A stretch of 64,000 bases of DNA from assembly GCA_027923505.1 (NCBI GenBank), contig BROI01000028.1, forward strand, positions 310,001 through 374,000. The letters run 5' to 3'. Shown here piece by piece: positions 1-12,340 of this stretch (the stretch's first letter is position 1; every line of letters starts with the position of its first letter). Source of the DNA: Mayamaea pseudoterrestris (Eukaryota). The translations under genes and the position numbers were made by a program. The notes below the pieces were generated by a model, which was not told the DNA's origin, made no database searches, and saw only the letters and a program-made list of their open reading frames with translations.

Positions 1-902
1 TGAGATGCAAGTAAGAGACTTGAAGTGTAGAGTAATTGGACGCGCACATGGCGCGAATTTTTTGCTCGTAGATGCCATTGCCTCGACGACGGCGATTATT
101 TCCATCGTCGCTTGGGCCAGTGTAGTGACGAACAAACGCCCGAAAGCGGCGCTGAATTTCCCGACGGGTTCGGTCTTGCGCAATCCATTCGCGCAGAGGA
201 ACATCAAACGCTTCCAGGTTGACTTGGTCATCGCCGTCCAAGTCTTCCTCATCCGTCTCGTCATCTCCTTCCTCCTCCTCTTCTCCTCGCCCAAACATGC
301 CTCGACGAGCTTGTCTCGCTTCGTCATCCTCCTCCGTCTCCATTGCATCAAGCATGCCATAGAATCCAGTGTTTCGTCCATCCTTGGTGCGCCTTGAAAT
401 TTCTCGTTCGGCCGCTGCTCGCTCCTCGGCCGTCATGTTCCCATAGTCGCGGTCGTCAATGTCTTCCGTACCATAATTATCCAAGGCTTCAATGCGCTGG
501 TAGTCGCGGTCGGCATTCTCCAACAAGTCTTCGCCTTCTCCTTCTTCCTCTTCGTCGTCAAGCTGGTCATCAAAGTCTTGATCTTCGGGTGCTTCCTCGG
601 CTTCTGGAGCAGGGTCTGTTTCAACGTTATATAGTTAGACGTGCCAACAGTAAGATAGCGTTCAAGCTCATGAAATAGATAAACTTACCATCAACTTCCT
701 TGTACTCTTCATCTTCGCCTCCAAACCGCAACTCTCTCGCTTCCTCTTGAACCTGGCGCTGACGACGACGCTTGTTCGCTAGCCTGCCGAGACGCGCGGC
801 TCGGACCGATGCCTGCGACGGCCCATTTTCCTCGTTATCATCCGAATCCTGCAAGTCGTCATCTTCGTCCTCTGGACGAGGTCGGCGCGGAGGTTCCGCC
901 AT
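1..902 (-). CDS. MCM2: DNA replication licensing factor MCM2, N-terminal part (runs off the window start)
   Basis: Exon 902-689, GTAAGT..CAG intron 688-615, exon 614-1. The spliced frame reads EEEGEGEDLLENADRDYQRIEALDNYGTEDIDDRDY...NLEAFDVPLREWIAQDRTRREIQRRFRAF...YEQKIRAMCASNYSTLQVSYLHL, matching the MCM2 acidic N-terminus and N-domain. The ORF track misses this frame. Confidence 0.9.
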
Positions 903-975
903 GGTTGAATGGTGTCCTGTAGGAACGCTTGGTCAATGGTTGTGGATCCGTGCTGGCGCGGCGTGCGCGCGTTTT

Positions 976-1134
976 GCGCCAATGCCATGAAAGTCACACA
1001 CGATTCACAAAAATACTCCGTCAGCGGTGCGACAAAGGACCGTACGTCAGCGACAGCAGGCGCGGTTAAAACGACGCGCCGTATTGGATGCTCGATGATG
1101 GCCCCTTTGCAACTGGATTGTTCCATGCGCCAAT
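976..1134 (-). promoter_or_regulatory. Two E2F-like sites (ATTGGCGC on the minus strand, at 976-983 and 1127-1134) upstream of MCM2
   Basis: Two identical 8-mers matching the WTTSSCSS E2F consensus lie in the 320-bp MCM2/APX divergent promoter. MCM genes are classical E2F targets. Confidence 0.45.
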
Positions 1135-1224
1135 TGACGATGCAGTAGTAGATTACTAGTAAAAGCACCATCAATACATTCATTATTTACTATTCAGCTG
1201 CAAACCAACAAGCCAACAAGAGTC

Positions 1225-2381
1225 ATGATATTCCTAGCTCTTGTCGTTGCTGCAACCTTGTCCGTATCGGTTGCATTTGCTCCGATCCGACCGGCATCAC
1301 TGCGAATCGTGGCAACAGCTCCGTCGTCGTCAACGACATCCTTGCATGTCACTAAGGAGGAATTGCTCGAAGCGCGGGAAAAAATTGATGGCATCATCAA
1401 CAATGTCAATGCTGGCCCAATCTTTGTAAGGCTAGCTTGGCATGACTCTGGAACATTCGACGTGAATGTCAAGGAAGATTGGCCAGCGGCGGGCGGTAAG
1501 TATTAAGTATCATTGATGCAATACACGTTACACGTGAGAGGGAGACACCGACAACGAAGAGGAGCATTAAGATTTGGCTTTGCTTGTATGACTTTGTTCT
1601 CATATGAATGTCGCCTATCATTGCAGGAGCAACTGCTTCGATCCGATTCGCCCCCGAGATCCAGCATGGCGCCAATAAAGGCCTGTCGAACGCCGTCAAA
1701 CTGCTCGAGCCAGTCAAGAAGGCTTGCCCAAACGTGAGCTATACAGACATTTATCAAATGGCGAGTACCCGAGCCGTTACTTTGGCTGGTGGACCAGTCA
1801 TGGACATGAAGTATGGTCGCGTCGACGCTGCAGATCCGGCCGACTGCAGCCCCGAGGGAAATTTGCCGGATGGCAGTCCAGGCCCTAATGGCAAGTACGG
1901 AGGTGCTGGTGGGACGGCTTCGACCGAAGCATCAACTCCGAATGAGCATTTGCGCAAAGTGTTTTACCGCATGGGACTTAACGATGAGCAAATTGTTGCC
2001 TTGAGTGGCGCGCACACGTTTGGACGCGCCTACAAGGATCGATCAGGCGCAGGAGCAGAAAAGACGAAATACACCGACGGCAGCAAGCAGATGCGCGTGG
2101 ATGGAACCGAAGCAAAGTACACGCCAGGTGGATCGTCGTGGACGGAACAGTGGTTAATCTTTGATAACTCGTACTACCAAACCATGCCTGATCCGAATGC
2201 CGATCCTGAACTGCTGAAGCTCTCCACCGACTGCACTTTGTTCGAGGATGAAGGATTTCGTCCATTTGCCGAAAAGTTCCGCGATTCGCAAGATGCATTC
2301 TTCGAGTCGTACGCTAAAGCACACAAGGTTCTAAGTGAGCAGGGAAGCAAATTTGACCCTGCAGAGGGGATCATGTTGTAA
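1225..2381 (+). CDS. APX: Ascorbate peroxidase (class I heme peroxidase), predicted plastid-targeted
   Basis: Exons 1225-1495 and 1627-2381. Motifs PIFVRLAWHDSGTFD, VALSGAHTFGR, WLIFDNSYY and LSTD; signal peptide followed by AFAP. Confidence 0.93.
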
Positions 2382-2476
2382 GCGTCAACACAACATATAT
2401 ATTGTAAAAATCACGCTATCGACTATTGGTCAAGACAAACAAGCTTTATCAACGCAATAATTCTATGTTATCTTTT

Positions 2477-3754
2477 CTATCTATTCGTTCGTTCGCCTGC
2501 AATGAGCGACGCGCCAAAAATCTCGGTATTGTGCTTCGCCTCTTCCTCCACGCCGTCCATTCCATCCACGTTCATGGCATCGACCGACGTTGCATCGTCA
2601 GCCTCTGGATTCAATAGCATGCTCTTGTCGACTTGATCATCATGCAACGCCCACAACCATGGATCATTGGAGGCCCTTCGTCGTTCCAAAAAACTTCGTT
2701 TCTTTCGCTCGTCGGCAATGTAGATGCCACGAAACTGGCCGGGCGCTTGCTTGGAAAGCACGTTACCAGTTTGCTTGCAAATGTCATAGTAGAATGGTAT
2801 AGCCGTTGGAATGTTCAAGTTTTCAATGTCATGAGCACCAATGCCATCCAGGCTCATGACGAGGGCGCGCAACGAATTGGCGTGGGCAACGACAAAACTG
2901 GTGGGAGGCTCGTCCGGAGAGGCGTTGCGAATGTCCGCTTGTATGTCTGTCCAGGCGTTGACGACTCGCTCCTGGCAATCATGAAGCGACTCAGATAGTG
3001 GTATTTGCTCTTGGAGTTTGTTGTATCTTGCATCTTTATGTATAATATCGTAGTGTGGATGCTTGACAGTCATGTCGGGTGGTCTTGCTTCAAATGATCG
3101 TCGCCATTCCATGACGATGTTGCGTCCCAGTCGGTCGGCTGTGCGTTCCTTCGATAAACCTTGTAAAGCCCCGTAGTGCCGTTCGTTTATTCTCCTGTGC
3201 AATCTCAGCAAGAGATGAGTCTATCAAGTTTATCGTTTCAAATCTACGAGATGCCGCAACGCCCCAACCATTCACTCATCAACGCACGCAGAATGTACAC
3301 TACTCAACGCTTACCAATCCATGTGAATGGGCGTATACGATATACCCGCCGCCTCCAATGCTCGCTGCGCCGTCACAATACTTCTCGTCAGCAAGGAACT
3401 GTAGCACTTGTCAAAGGTCATGCGATGACTGTACAACACTTGACCTGCCTCAATGGCCTCGCACACACCACGCCTCGTCAAACCAATGTCGCACCACCCG
3501 GTGAATATATTGGCATTGTTGAATTCTGATTCTCCGTGACGCATAAACACCACGCGATGCGAGTTTGATGGAACGGGTGGAAGAGACGTTGTTGTTTGAG
3601 CGGCGGCAGAGCGTGAGGATGAGTATAGTTTCGAATGTCGAGATATGACAGCGACAACGCGTCTTTTGGGACTTTTTAGTATCAGCAGTGCCGTTGATAG
3701 AGGCATGAGTAAAGCCATTGATAAGATTAGGCGAAGTAGAATGCCATGCTGCAT
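2477..3754 (-). CDS. 2,3-bisphosphoglycerate-dependent phosphoglycerate mutase family protein
   Basis: Exons 3754-3315 and 3194-2477. Motifs VVFMRHGESEFN, FTGWCD, WRINERHYGALQG, VAHANSLRAL and LNIPTAIP; hydrophobic N-terminal presequence. Start codon inferred. Confidence 0.9.
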
Positions 3755-3908
3755 ACTGAGCGCGACGGAAAATGGCCTCGAGTGGTCGTCCATGGCCGCG
3801 ATGCGAACGCGCGATGATCGTCGCATTACCGGTACGACAGATATATAGTTAAAGGTACGACACTTCTGCATCGCGACCGTAACGACGAGTGCAAAAAGCT
3901 CTACCACC

Positions 3909-5981
3909 ATGGGGGCAAAACGTTCGCTAGTACTTCCGAAGGTACTTATCAAATCCCTATTTATAGTCATGTTACTTGCAGAGGCCTCTTCCGTAGATCA
4001 ATGGACGCGAAACGATTTGAACGCAAGGAATAAGTCCAATTCGACCGAGTCGCCAACCGCGGCGACTGAAGTTTCAGCACCCAGCAGCAGCACTACTGCA
4101 TCGCAGGAAGCTGCAAGCAGTATTACAACTGATGTTTCAACAGCTCCAACAATATCTCCGACATCATATCCTACCGCATATATAAACCCTGACGCGCCCT
4201 TACTGCCATTGGGAGACATTAACGTCGTCGTGTTGACGGATGTGCACTCCTGGCTCGCCGGTCACGGTGACAAGGAAGCCACGTTTGACGCCGATTATGG
4301 AAACGTCCTTTCCTTTGTCCAACGACTCAAAGCATACTTTTTGCAGCATGAACCCACCAAGGACTTTTGGTTCGTCATGAATGGCGACTGGATTGATGGC
4401 ACGGGCCTGGCCATGAACGGCGATCCTTCGCACCTGATTCCATTGATTGAGAAGATGCCATTTGACGCTTACAATGTTGGAAACCATGAACTCTACGACA
4501 AGAGTGTCATTGAGTATGCGACGCGACCTGGTGGTTTCGTCGAATGGTGGGGCGATCGATATCTTAGCTCGAACGTTGTCTTGAATAAATCAAAGGATGA
4601 GCCATTGGGGAACCGTTACAAGGTGCTGCGCGGCAAGCAGTCAAATGTATTGACCTTTGGGTTCTTGTTTAATATGAAAGGCAACTCCAATCTTGTGACA
4701 GTTCAGGAGGTTGGCAATGTCGTTCGCGAAAAGTGGTTTACGAATGCCCTTCAGAATGAAGACTATGATGCTATTTTGGTGCTGGCCCATATGGGAGTAC
4801 GCGATCCACTAGTGAAGGTGATACTGACGGAGATACGGAACATCGTGGGAGACAAGATCCCGGTTCAATTTTTGACGGGTCATACGCATTACCGCGACTT
4901 TGCGATTGTTGACTCGGCCAGTACGTCGGTGGAAGCGGGTCGATACTTCGACACTGTTGGTTTTGTTTCGTTTCCGACTGCTGGCACGCTCAAGTCATTT
5001 CACCAACAAGGACATGCCAACGCAACAGATCTGTTTCACCACGTGTTTCTCGATGCAAACGTTGACAATTTACAAAAGACGCTTCGAGTCGACGAGCTTG
5101 ATACGCCTGATGGAGCAGCACTTTCAGTGTTTATAGAACGGACTCGAGACGAATTGGGGCTACTGGAAAGCGTTGGGTGTCTCAACGATGATCTCTTTCT
5201 GAACAATGGCCTTGATAAAGTCGATAGCTTGTGGCGATATTTTCGAGACGTCGTTGTGCCGGGCGCCTTTGGCGAGTCTGATATTGTATTCATGGGCAAG
5301 GGCATGTGGCGATATGACCTGTTGAGCGGCACTATTTTGCTTGATGACCTTCTCTCTGTCTCGCCATTTAACGAATCCTATCATTTGTGGTCGGATGTTC
5401 CTGGTCACGTGATTTACAATTTAAATCTGACTGCAAACAACAATTCACGAGTGGATCCGTTTACGCCGCCCTTTATGCCAGAACTGCCCGAATTCATACT
5501 CTGTTCAGCAGCAGCTTTTTACAAAGACGCTGGACCATATAATCTCGTCACAAATGCGTTTGAATCAAAGCAGGTTGAGAAATTACTTGATATGGTAGAC
5601 CCAGATTTTGCCGACCGACAGCCGATTGTATTGAATTTTACAACGACGGACCTTTGGATCGCCCATTTCCGCCAGGAGCGGCACTTGTTTGGATGCAGCT
5701 CGAAGGGAAATGTTCACGGCAAGAACAGTCACGGGAGCAGCATTTACGGCTCGGCTTTGGAGCATGAGCGGGACATGATGTGGATGTTGTTCCTCTTATT
5801 GGCCGTCGCTTGCGTCTTGGTGCTTTCCGTTTGGCGCATTCGCCAACGAGCATTGATTCATCGTCGCGTCACATACCAGCGAGACTTTGCAACGGACGAA
5901 GCCCGTCGCGAGTATGAAGAATCGCAGGGGGAGTGCTATCGAGATGGCGACGAGTCGGAGGATGACGATGAGCTTATATGA
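3909..5981 (+). CDS. Membrane-anchored calcineurin-like metallophosphoesterase / 5'-nucleotidase family protein
   Basis: Intronless 690-aa ORF with TDVHSW, NGDWIDG, VGNHE, LAHM and GHTH metal-binding motifs, an N-terminal signal region, a Ser/Thr-rich linker and a C-terminal TM helix. Confidence 0.85.
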   Translation: MGAKRSLVLPKVLIKSLFIVMLLAEASSVDQWTRNDLNARNKSNSTESPTAATEVSAPSSSTTASQEAASSITTDVSTAPTISPTSYPTAYINPDAPLLPLGDINVVVLTDVHSWLAGHGDKEATFDADYGNVLSFVQRLKAYFLQHEPTKDFWFVMNGDWIDGTGLAMNGDPSHLIPLIEKMPFDAYNVGNHELYDKSVIEYATRPGGFVEWWGDRYLSSNVVLNKSKDEPLGNRYKVLRGKQSNVLTFGFLFNMKGNSNLVTVQEVGNVVREKWFTNALQNEDYDAILVLAHMGVRDPLVKVILTEIRNIVGDKIPVQFLTGHTHYRDFAIVDSASTSVEAGRYFDTVGFVSFPTAGTLKSFHQQGHANATDLFHHVFLDANVDNLQKTLRVDELDTPDGAALSVFIERTRDELGLLESVGCLNDDLFLNNGLDKVDSLWRYFRDVVVPGAFGESDIVFMGKGMWRYDLLSGTILLDDLLSVSPFNESYHLWSDVPGHVIYNLNLTANNNSRVDPFTPPFMPELPEFILCSAAAFYKDAGPYNLVTNAFESKQVEKLLDMVDPDFADRQPIVLNFTTTDLWIAHFRQERHLFGCSSKGNVHGKNSHGSSIYGSALEHERDMMWMLFLLLAVACVLVLSVWRIRQRALIHRRVTYQRDFATDEARREYEESQGECYRDGDESEDDDELI

Positions 5982-6037
5982 CAAGTATTTTTATAAGTGC
6001 GTCTTTATATACAACGGCCTGCAAATAGGTGCATACA

Positions 6038-7341
6038 CTAGCTAAATCCCTGCTGACGCAACCAGTCCGCCATGGACGCTTGCTGAGATTGTTGCTGAAG
6101 CTGATACGGCGCTGCAGCCGCCTGAAGGTTGTTTTGCAAGGCAAACTGTGGGTTTGCCGCCATTTGTTGAAGCAATGTATTCAACAAGAAGCTGTCAGCG
6201 CTCATGTTGTTACCATTCATGACGGGAGCCATGAGCTGTGGCAATGGCAGATCCATGGGCAAGGAAGACATGCTCGGTACCTGGCTGTTGAGAAAGGCGT
6301 GGCCGAATGCACTCGTCGCCGAGTGCTGGTGATGCATTGGAGCACCGTGGTTCAACCGCTTGCTCGCTGGACCGCCATCGGCAAGCCAGTCCACCGACGA
6401 GGCGAGACGACTCTGCAAGACTGATGATTGCGGAGCCGTCAATATGGGCGGCTGATTCAAGTTCAGCGCGAGACCTTGTGGTGGCGGCAGCTGCTCAATC
6501 TGCCGGTCACGCTCGAGAGGATATAACTTGCTGATGGAGTACAAGTCGGGCTCGTTTTCGGGATCCGGTATCAATCGGCGGGCATCCTTGGGTTCTGGCA
6601 TGAACTTCAACAAATGGGGTCTCCCACGAAGTAGGCTCTGAATGTATTTGGAATCGGATGGTGTGAAGGGTGAGAAAGTAGATCTTCAAAGATTTAAGAT
6701 CTTCGAACAGTATGAATCATCATCACAACTCTTGCATTTACCTCATGATAGTACGCATTACGATCCTTTCCCTGCGTAATGTTCCGATAGCCATGATTGT
6801 TCAATTGCCGCAGAAAGGAACTGTAGCGCTTATGGTTGAAATACTTTGGACAGACTTCACGCTCAAAGGTCACCGGAATGTCAACGCGAAAACCTCGTCC
6901 ATGAGGAAGCCAGGTGATCCATCTGCAGTATTCATTCTGCATGAGAATGTGATATACCTTCTGGTTGAACGTCATGGCGCTTATGTCCATTTGAATCAAG
7001 TCAGCGTCGCACTTGACTGCGTCACTCTCCTCGGGTGGAACATCGGAAAGATCATGGTAGGTGTGGTTCACATACTCGCGTGTCTTGTTCGTGACCAGTT
7101 GAACGAGGCGAGAGTCCTTGTGCTGGACTGTCGCCTTTTTGCGTGAACGCCGCTGTTTCTTGGGCTTGGCTAGTACTTGCTCGGCAGTGGCTATGGTGGA
7201 CTCTTCCTTGCCAATACTTGACACTGCAGCGTCCGTTGGAATTTCCGATGCGACGGAAGCATCCTTGTCTGACGCAATGCTGGCTGCTGCCGCAACTTCA
7301 GTCGCGTCTCTCTTTGGAATAAAATCTTGTTGGCTTGTCAT
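6038..7341 (-). CDS. HSF-type DNA-binding transcription factor
   Basis: Exons 7341-6742 and 6637-6038. HSF domain FNQKVYHIL..WITWLPHGRGF..YSSFLRQLNNHGY..YYHE|SLLRGRPHL; Gln-rich C-terminus. Confidence 0.88.
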
Positions 7342-8020
7342 GGTCAAATCCTTTCTTCCTTGTTTATGGTGATGATGTGGACTCGAGAATGAGAATGATG
7401 GAAAGACGTCGTCTCGATTTCCGCTCCCAGTCGCGAAATGCTGCTCGACCAGTGACCAGTTTCCCCGCACCTCTCCCGTAGCCGACGTACGACAGTGACA
7501 CGGTAAGGCTGATGTGCGTCAGAATTGCACTTGAAGTTAGTGTAGCTTCAATGGGCATGTTAAATAGTTTGTGAGTCACTTCAAGAAGGCTATAGCATGT
7601 GCTATTGCCCAAACTTCGCTTGTTGTCCTTGTCGGAAGACTGCAACATTGCTGGCACGACTTATATCGCTAGTGACTCCGGTACGCTAGCTAACTTTTGA
7701 AGCATCCTGTGATGATTTCAATTGTTCACAACGGGACAGCCACGCAAAGTTATTGTCACCTCTTAGTCATATGTTTTGTCTTCGTGTATTGTAGGCAGCC
7801 TCAGCATGTCTTGTCCTTGCCCAACAGCAGTGGCAATCGGCCTAGCCTTTCACAAGCACGTGTGACAGACCAAAGCCAATATCGATGATGTCCTCAATAA
7901 ATACCTTGCAACACCTTTTACCCAACTAAAGTGCAATGTTCTTTTATACTATTTTTTTGACATATATTATTGTTGAAAGTCAGGCCATACGAATTTGGAA
8001 ATTGGTAGGAGTCTTGGACA

Positions 8021-9349
8021 TTAAACAGGTGGAGGATTGTTCGCGGCAGCGGTCGGCGTAGGCGAGCTAAAGGTCGGTTCCAGCGTTGGATCCAATGTTT
8101 GTCCGTCGTCGAACGTACCACCAGCAATTGTTGGTGTGGGCGAGCTAAACGTTGGTTCCAACGTCGGCTCCAACGTTTGTCCGTCGTCAAATGTACCACC
8201 AGCCACTGTAGGTGCAGGCGAACTAAACGTCGGCTCCATCGTTGGCGTCGTTGTTGATCCATCGTTAACAAAGCCGGGAGCAACCGTCGGTGTTGGCGAA
8301 CTAAATGTTGGCTCCATCGTTGGTTCCATTGTCGCTCCATCCGAAAGTGACATTGTTGGTTCAAAGGTTGACAAATCATCATCGTCTGCGGAATCACTTT
8401 TCAGATAAACATTTTTGCACATGTCATACTGATGACAAAACGCCTTAGGGTCCGCCTTGTCGGTGCAAGATCCAAATGGATTGTAGCAGCATGATGCAGC
8501 AAGACATAAATTTTTGCAATCTTGAACGAGAGCAGGGTCTTGGCACTTGGTATTGACAATGGAAAAGATAGCCGCGTCAATTTTGTCATGCGTCTCCAAG
8601 TTATGACAGGGAGCGTATCCCATGCAGTTTTCGTTTGCTGAGCAATCATCGCCAATGGCACCGTAGCAGCACCTTGACGGCATGCAAATGTTTGCACACG
8701 CCTTGAGGCCCGACGTTGACGCCAATGCCTGCATACTACAAGTTTCGCCCAAGTTTGCCGGTGCCGGTGAAATGTCGGCGGTAATGACATTCGTGCCCGT
8801 GACAACGCCGCAGCTATTTTGGTAGCGCTGGCAAGTATCTTCGTTGCCCGCCAAGCAAGACGAGTCTGTGTTTGCCGGGTAGGAGCAGCATTTGGAAACA
8901 TCGCAAGCATCTTGGCACCTTTTACGGCCATCCGACGAAACAATATTGTCGGGCGAACAAATGGTTGCCAGCTCCGCCGGAGGATTCAAAAGCTCCATCG
9001 ACGACAAGCTCACAGATCGGTCGTTGCCAGACTTGGACTTTTTGACGAGCACGCTCGTCATGACAATGAGCGCCAAGGTGACGCACGAAATCAAGAAGTA
9101 AAAACACATGCGTCTGCCGCGACCCGATCGCTGAAGCTTATGCAGATTGGGGTCTAGAATTTCGGTTGTCTGTCGTTCCTCATCCATATGACCATCGTCA
9201 AAGTACAAGGGGTCATCATGATATTGACTATCCATAAAGACGCCAGCGTCACCATCGTCGTCAATATTACCAGATGTCGCCATGAACTCGCCGTCCAACG
9301 ACGGGTCTAGCGCGGGATCGTAAATGTTGCGTCGCGTTTTCTGAACCAT
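8021..9349 (-). CDS. Hypothetical type II membrane protein with Cys-rich repeats and a Pro/Thr-rich repeated tail
   Basis: Acidic N-terminus, one TM helix, three C-x3-C-x4-CC modules, then 26-aa repeats EPTFSSPxPTxAGGTFDDGQTLxPTL. First ATG at 9349. Confidence 0.75.
   Translation of the reverse strand: MVQKTRRNIYDPALDPSLDGEFMATSGNIDDDGDAGVFMDSQYHDDPLYFDDGHMDEERQTTEILDPNLHKLQRSGRGRRMCFYFLISCVTLALIVMTSVLVKKSKSGNDRSVSLSSMELLNPPAELATICSPDNIVSSDGRKRCQDACDVSKCCSYPANTDSSCLAGNEDTCQRYQNSCGVVTGTNVITADISPAPANLGETCSMQALASTSGLKACANICMPSRCCYGAIGDDCSANENCMGYAPCHNLETHDKIDAAIFSIVNTKCQDPALVQDCKNLCLAASCCYNPFGSCTDKADPKAFCHQYDMCKNVYLKSDSADDDDLSTFEPTMSLSDGATMEPTMEPTFSSPTPTVAPGFVNDGSTTTPTMEPTFSSPAPTVAGGTFDDGQTLEPTLEPTFSSPTPTIAGGTFDDGQTLDPTLEPTFSSPTPTAAANNPPPV
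8050..8330 (-). repeat. 78-bp coding tandem repeat, about 3.5 copies
   Basis: Recurrent GGCGA(G/A)CTAAA at 78-bp spacing, encoding the 26-aa repeat. Confidence 0.8.
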
Positions 9350-10082
9350 GTTTCTTTGTCGAGTGATGCTAGAGAAGAATTGATCGAAATCGATTGAGCC
9401 GTCGAGATCTGAATAAAGCAAATAAACGAAGTAGCGAGTGAGTAATGAAGTGGCACAAACAGTAACAAGGTCATGAATAGCGTCATATTGTCAGTCTCAC
9501 TGCAATGGTTTGGCTTCGATCTTGCATGTGATCCGCGGCCAGTCACAAGAAAAAGGAACACCGCGTACGGCTCGTCTCGTGCGGTCCTCGCACCTCCGCA
9601 ATTGCGCCGCTCGATCAGTCGATGCCAAGAAAGCATTTACATGCGTCCACCTGTTGTAAACATACCTGTATAAGTAGTAAATGACACAATGCAGCAATGG
9701 TGTCCAGCACCAAACTTTTGTAGAAGGAATGCAAAACCTCGCGGCAACAGAGAATGCACGATCCTTTTCGGTTGGCGCGCGCTCGATGGTCGGGGTCTTG
9801 GGTTTGAAAAGTCCACGCGTGACCGCCTGGCGTGATATCTTTGGCGGCTTTCACTATTGCCCACTGGCACGAGGAAGGCCAACAACTCATAAGGTGCTGC
9901 TCCGATGACTCCACGTCAAGCGTTCCACATACAAAATGGAACGTCATCCATCTGTTCCTTGCGACCATGAACATCAACCAAAATCGCATCCAAGCGTCTC
10001 GCCACTTCCTGTACCGCAAACGTTGACAAACTACGTATATTCCGTCGCTCTGATAGTGCACTCATTCACTGCAATACACATT

Positions 10083-10853
10083 ATGAAGCTAGCATTAACG
10101 TCTGCTCTCCTTGCTGCTTCGGTCTCGGCCTTTCAACCGATTCAGCAAGTTTCCCAGGCGTCATGTCATCGCAGCAGCACACATCTTTCCATGGGATCGC
10201 AAGGCATGGATTTGTCGGGCAATGCATGGAAGCCAGATAGTGCCAAAATGGGCTCGACGGATACGGGGGACTACTTTCCGGAGGGCTATGACGCAAACTC
10301 GGAGATTGCCTTCACCGAGGGCATGGGAGGAAGCCAAGCGCTGCTGAATGGCGGAAACCGGGGCGTCGAAATGCCAGGCCTTGACTTTGGCGACAGTGGA
10401 TACATGGTGGGCGGAATAGAACAAGCGTCAGAGATTCCTGCTGGCATGCAATTTATTCCGTCCAGTGTTCCAGATGGCGAGCTAGTCATGGACGTAGCGT
10501 CGAGCTCAACGGGAAAAAGTGAGTTCACAATGAATTGTCGGGTAACATTTGACATTTGTTTGTCGTATTGACTCATGTATCGTCTCTTCCTTTTCTTAGC
10601 CGTGCCACTCGAGGTTGCTCCTGTTTGCATGACGTTCGAAGATTACTTTGCCGCGTTTAGCCCCGACTCGCATCCTTCCTTCTCGGTCGCCCCAGTGACT
10701 GGCCGCATGGATCGTCGGGGCGGTGAAAAGACTGTACTTAGTGTTACATGCAATCCCAATGGACAGGCAGGCGAATTTGCTGGCAATCTTGTCATCAACC
10801 TGCCGGAAGACAACTCTAAAATCTGCTACAAGATTATTGCAAAATGCTATTAA
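10083..10853 (+). CDS. Hypothetical plastid-targeted protein with a C-terminal beta-rich domain
   Basis: Exons 10083-10518 and 10600-10853 join in frame across a GTGAGT..TAG intron. MKLALTSALLAASVSAF signal with ASAF-type motif. Confidence 0.8.
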
Positions 10854-11096
10854 GCGAAGCCACGACCACGACTAGTTTGCTGCAATTACGGAGCATTATC
10901 AGGGACAATCGTCCTGCGCTACCTACCATGCGAAAACTGCAACCATGATATTTTCATGACAATAAGTCGTTACACAATGTAGTTAAATAAATGGTTGATT
11001 TACTGTTTATTGCTTTACCTTATGTAAAATGCAAAGCGCACAGGCTGATTGCTCTCGCGCGTATAGGAGTGACCATTATGCACTCAACCATGGAGC

Positions 11097-11581
11097 TTAT
11101 GAGGAATGCTTCTTATCCCAGTTATCATGGTCCACGCCAAGACCCTCATACCGAATCGCTTTCATAGCATCAGCATGAAAGCCGTGGGGGTTCTTGCCAA
11201 GCACCTCAGTCACAGTGACGCGAGGCTTGTCGATCCAGGTAGGAATCACCTCGTGCTTGTGGCTCGGCAAGATGCGAATATCTTGGTAGTTGTACAATGC
11301 ATTGAACGACATGCCAACAATGAAGCAGCCAGCCGCGGTCAAAACGACAATGAGCGGATAGGTCGCTGGGTCCGAGAGGAAGGCTTCTTTGAACGTTTGG
11401 TCCTGGTACACTTTCTGCATTAAAACGACAGATACAAATAAGTGTGAGCGCTTTCATCGAAGGACTTACACGAAATGTTGCAATGATCGAGTGTGCCTAC
11501 CGGGAGGAGTGGATTGCGAACGTTCGTCGCCATGAAGCGACGTCCGGCTGTTGTGATTGGTTTCTGGATGCTGCGCAACAT
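11097..11581 (-). CDS. NDUFA4/MLRQ-like small mitochondrial membrane protein
   Basis: Exons 11581-11522 and 11414-11097. Mitochondrial-type presequence MLRSIQKPITTAGRRFMAT, then FLSDPATYPLIVV with one TM helix and a DIRI motif. Confidence 0.65.
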
Positions 11582-12340
11582 ATTTCGAAATGTGGGTGGG
11601 TGTTTGATGGGTGTTGAGTATATTGATTGATCTGGATTTGTGGATAGAGACAACAAGTTGGATGCACGTCGATGCTTCTCATCGCGCGCGGTGTGGGTTC
11701 GGATCGACCCGAAGCGGTCGCGTTTGTGTCACGAGTAATGATGCATGCATAGGGAAGCAGCAGTTAGCCATTGGCTATTGTCGGCAGAGCATGGTATGAA
11801 AGATTCAATGTCAGCGGTTGTTAATTTTCAACAATGACAGTACACAAGGGAAGTCGTCCGCAACTGCTTTTCCATGGCAGTCGGCGCGGCACAAGGCCAA
11901 TTTGCCGCACATGGTCGCTTCTGGCTTGATAGTCACTCAATTCGGGTGTAAAGATCCAATTAAATCACACAAAGGTAGCGATAATGATCAAGTGCACATG
12001 CTACTGCGTATAGTTTGATCATTGTAATTTAAATGCGTGCAAATTGCATCGGATAGCTGAAAGGGCGTAATCAGAGTTAGAAATTTCGGAGTCGTAAAGT
12101 GACGTCACATTGAATCGTGCCCATCATTTGCACACTCTGCGTTAGTGTACTTCTTGTCGTCCCCGAAACGTTGTTAACCGTCCGAAAAAGCGCGCGAGGC
12201 TGCCACCGCGCCGGTGCGCGTCGTTCGAGCTCGCCATGGCCATTGCATGTGGGTTTGTTCCATTTTGGAAGACCCAAAGCCGCCATTGAATCCGATAGCC
12301 ACGAGACTACCATCTATAGATTAAACAGCAGTGCATAAGT

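Noticed and set aside
3755..3970. Apparent overlap of the PGAM and 5'-nucleotidase ORF starts
   Set aside because: It arises from extending the PGAM ORF to an upstream ATG; the plausible signal-peptide start is at 3754.
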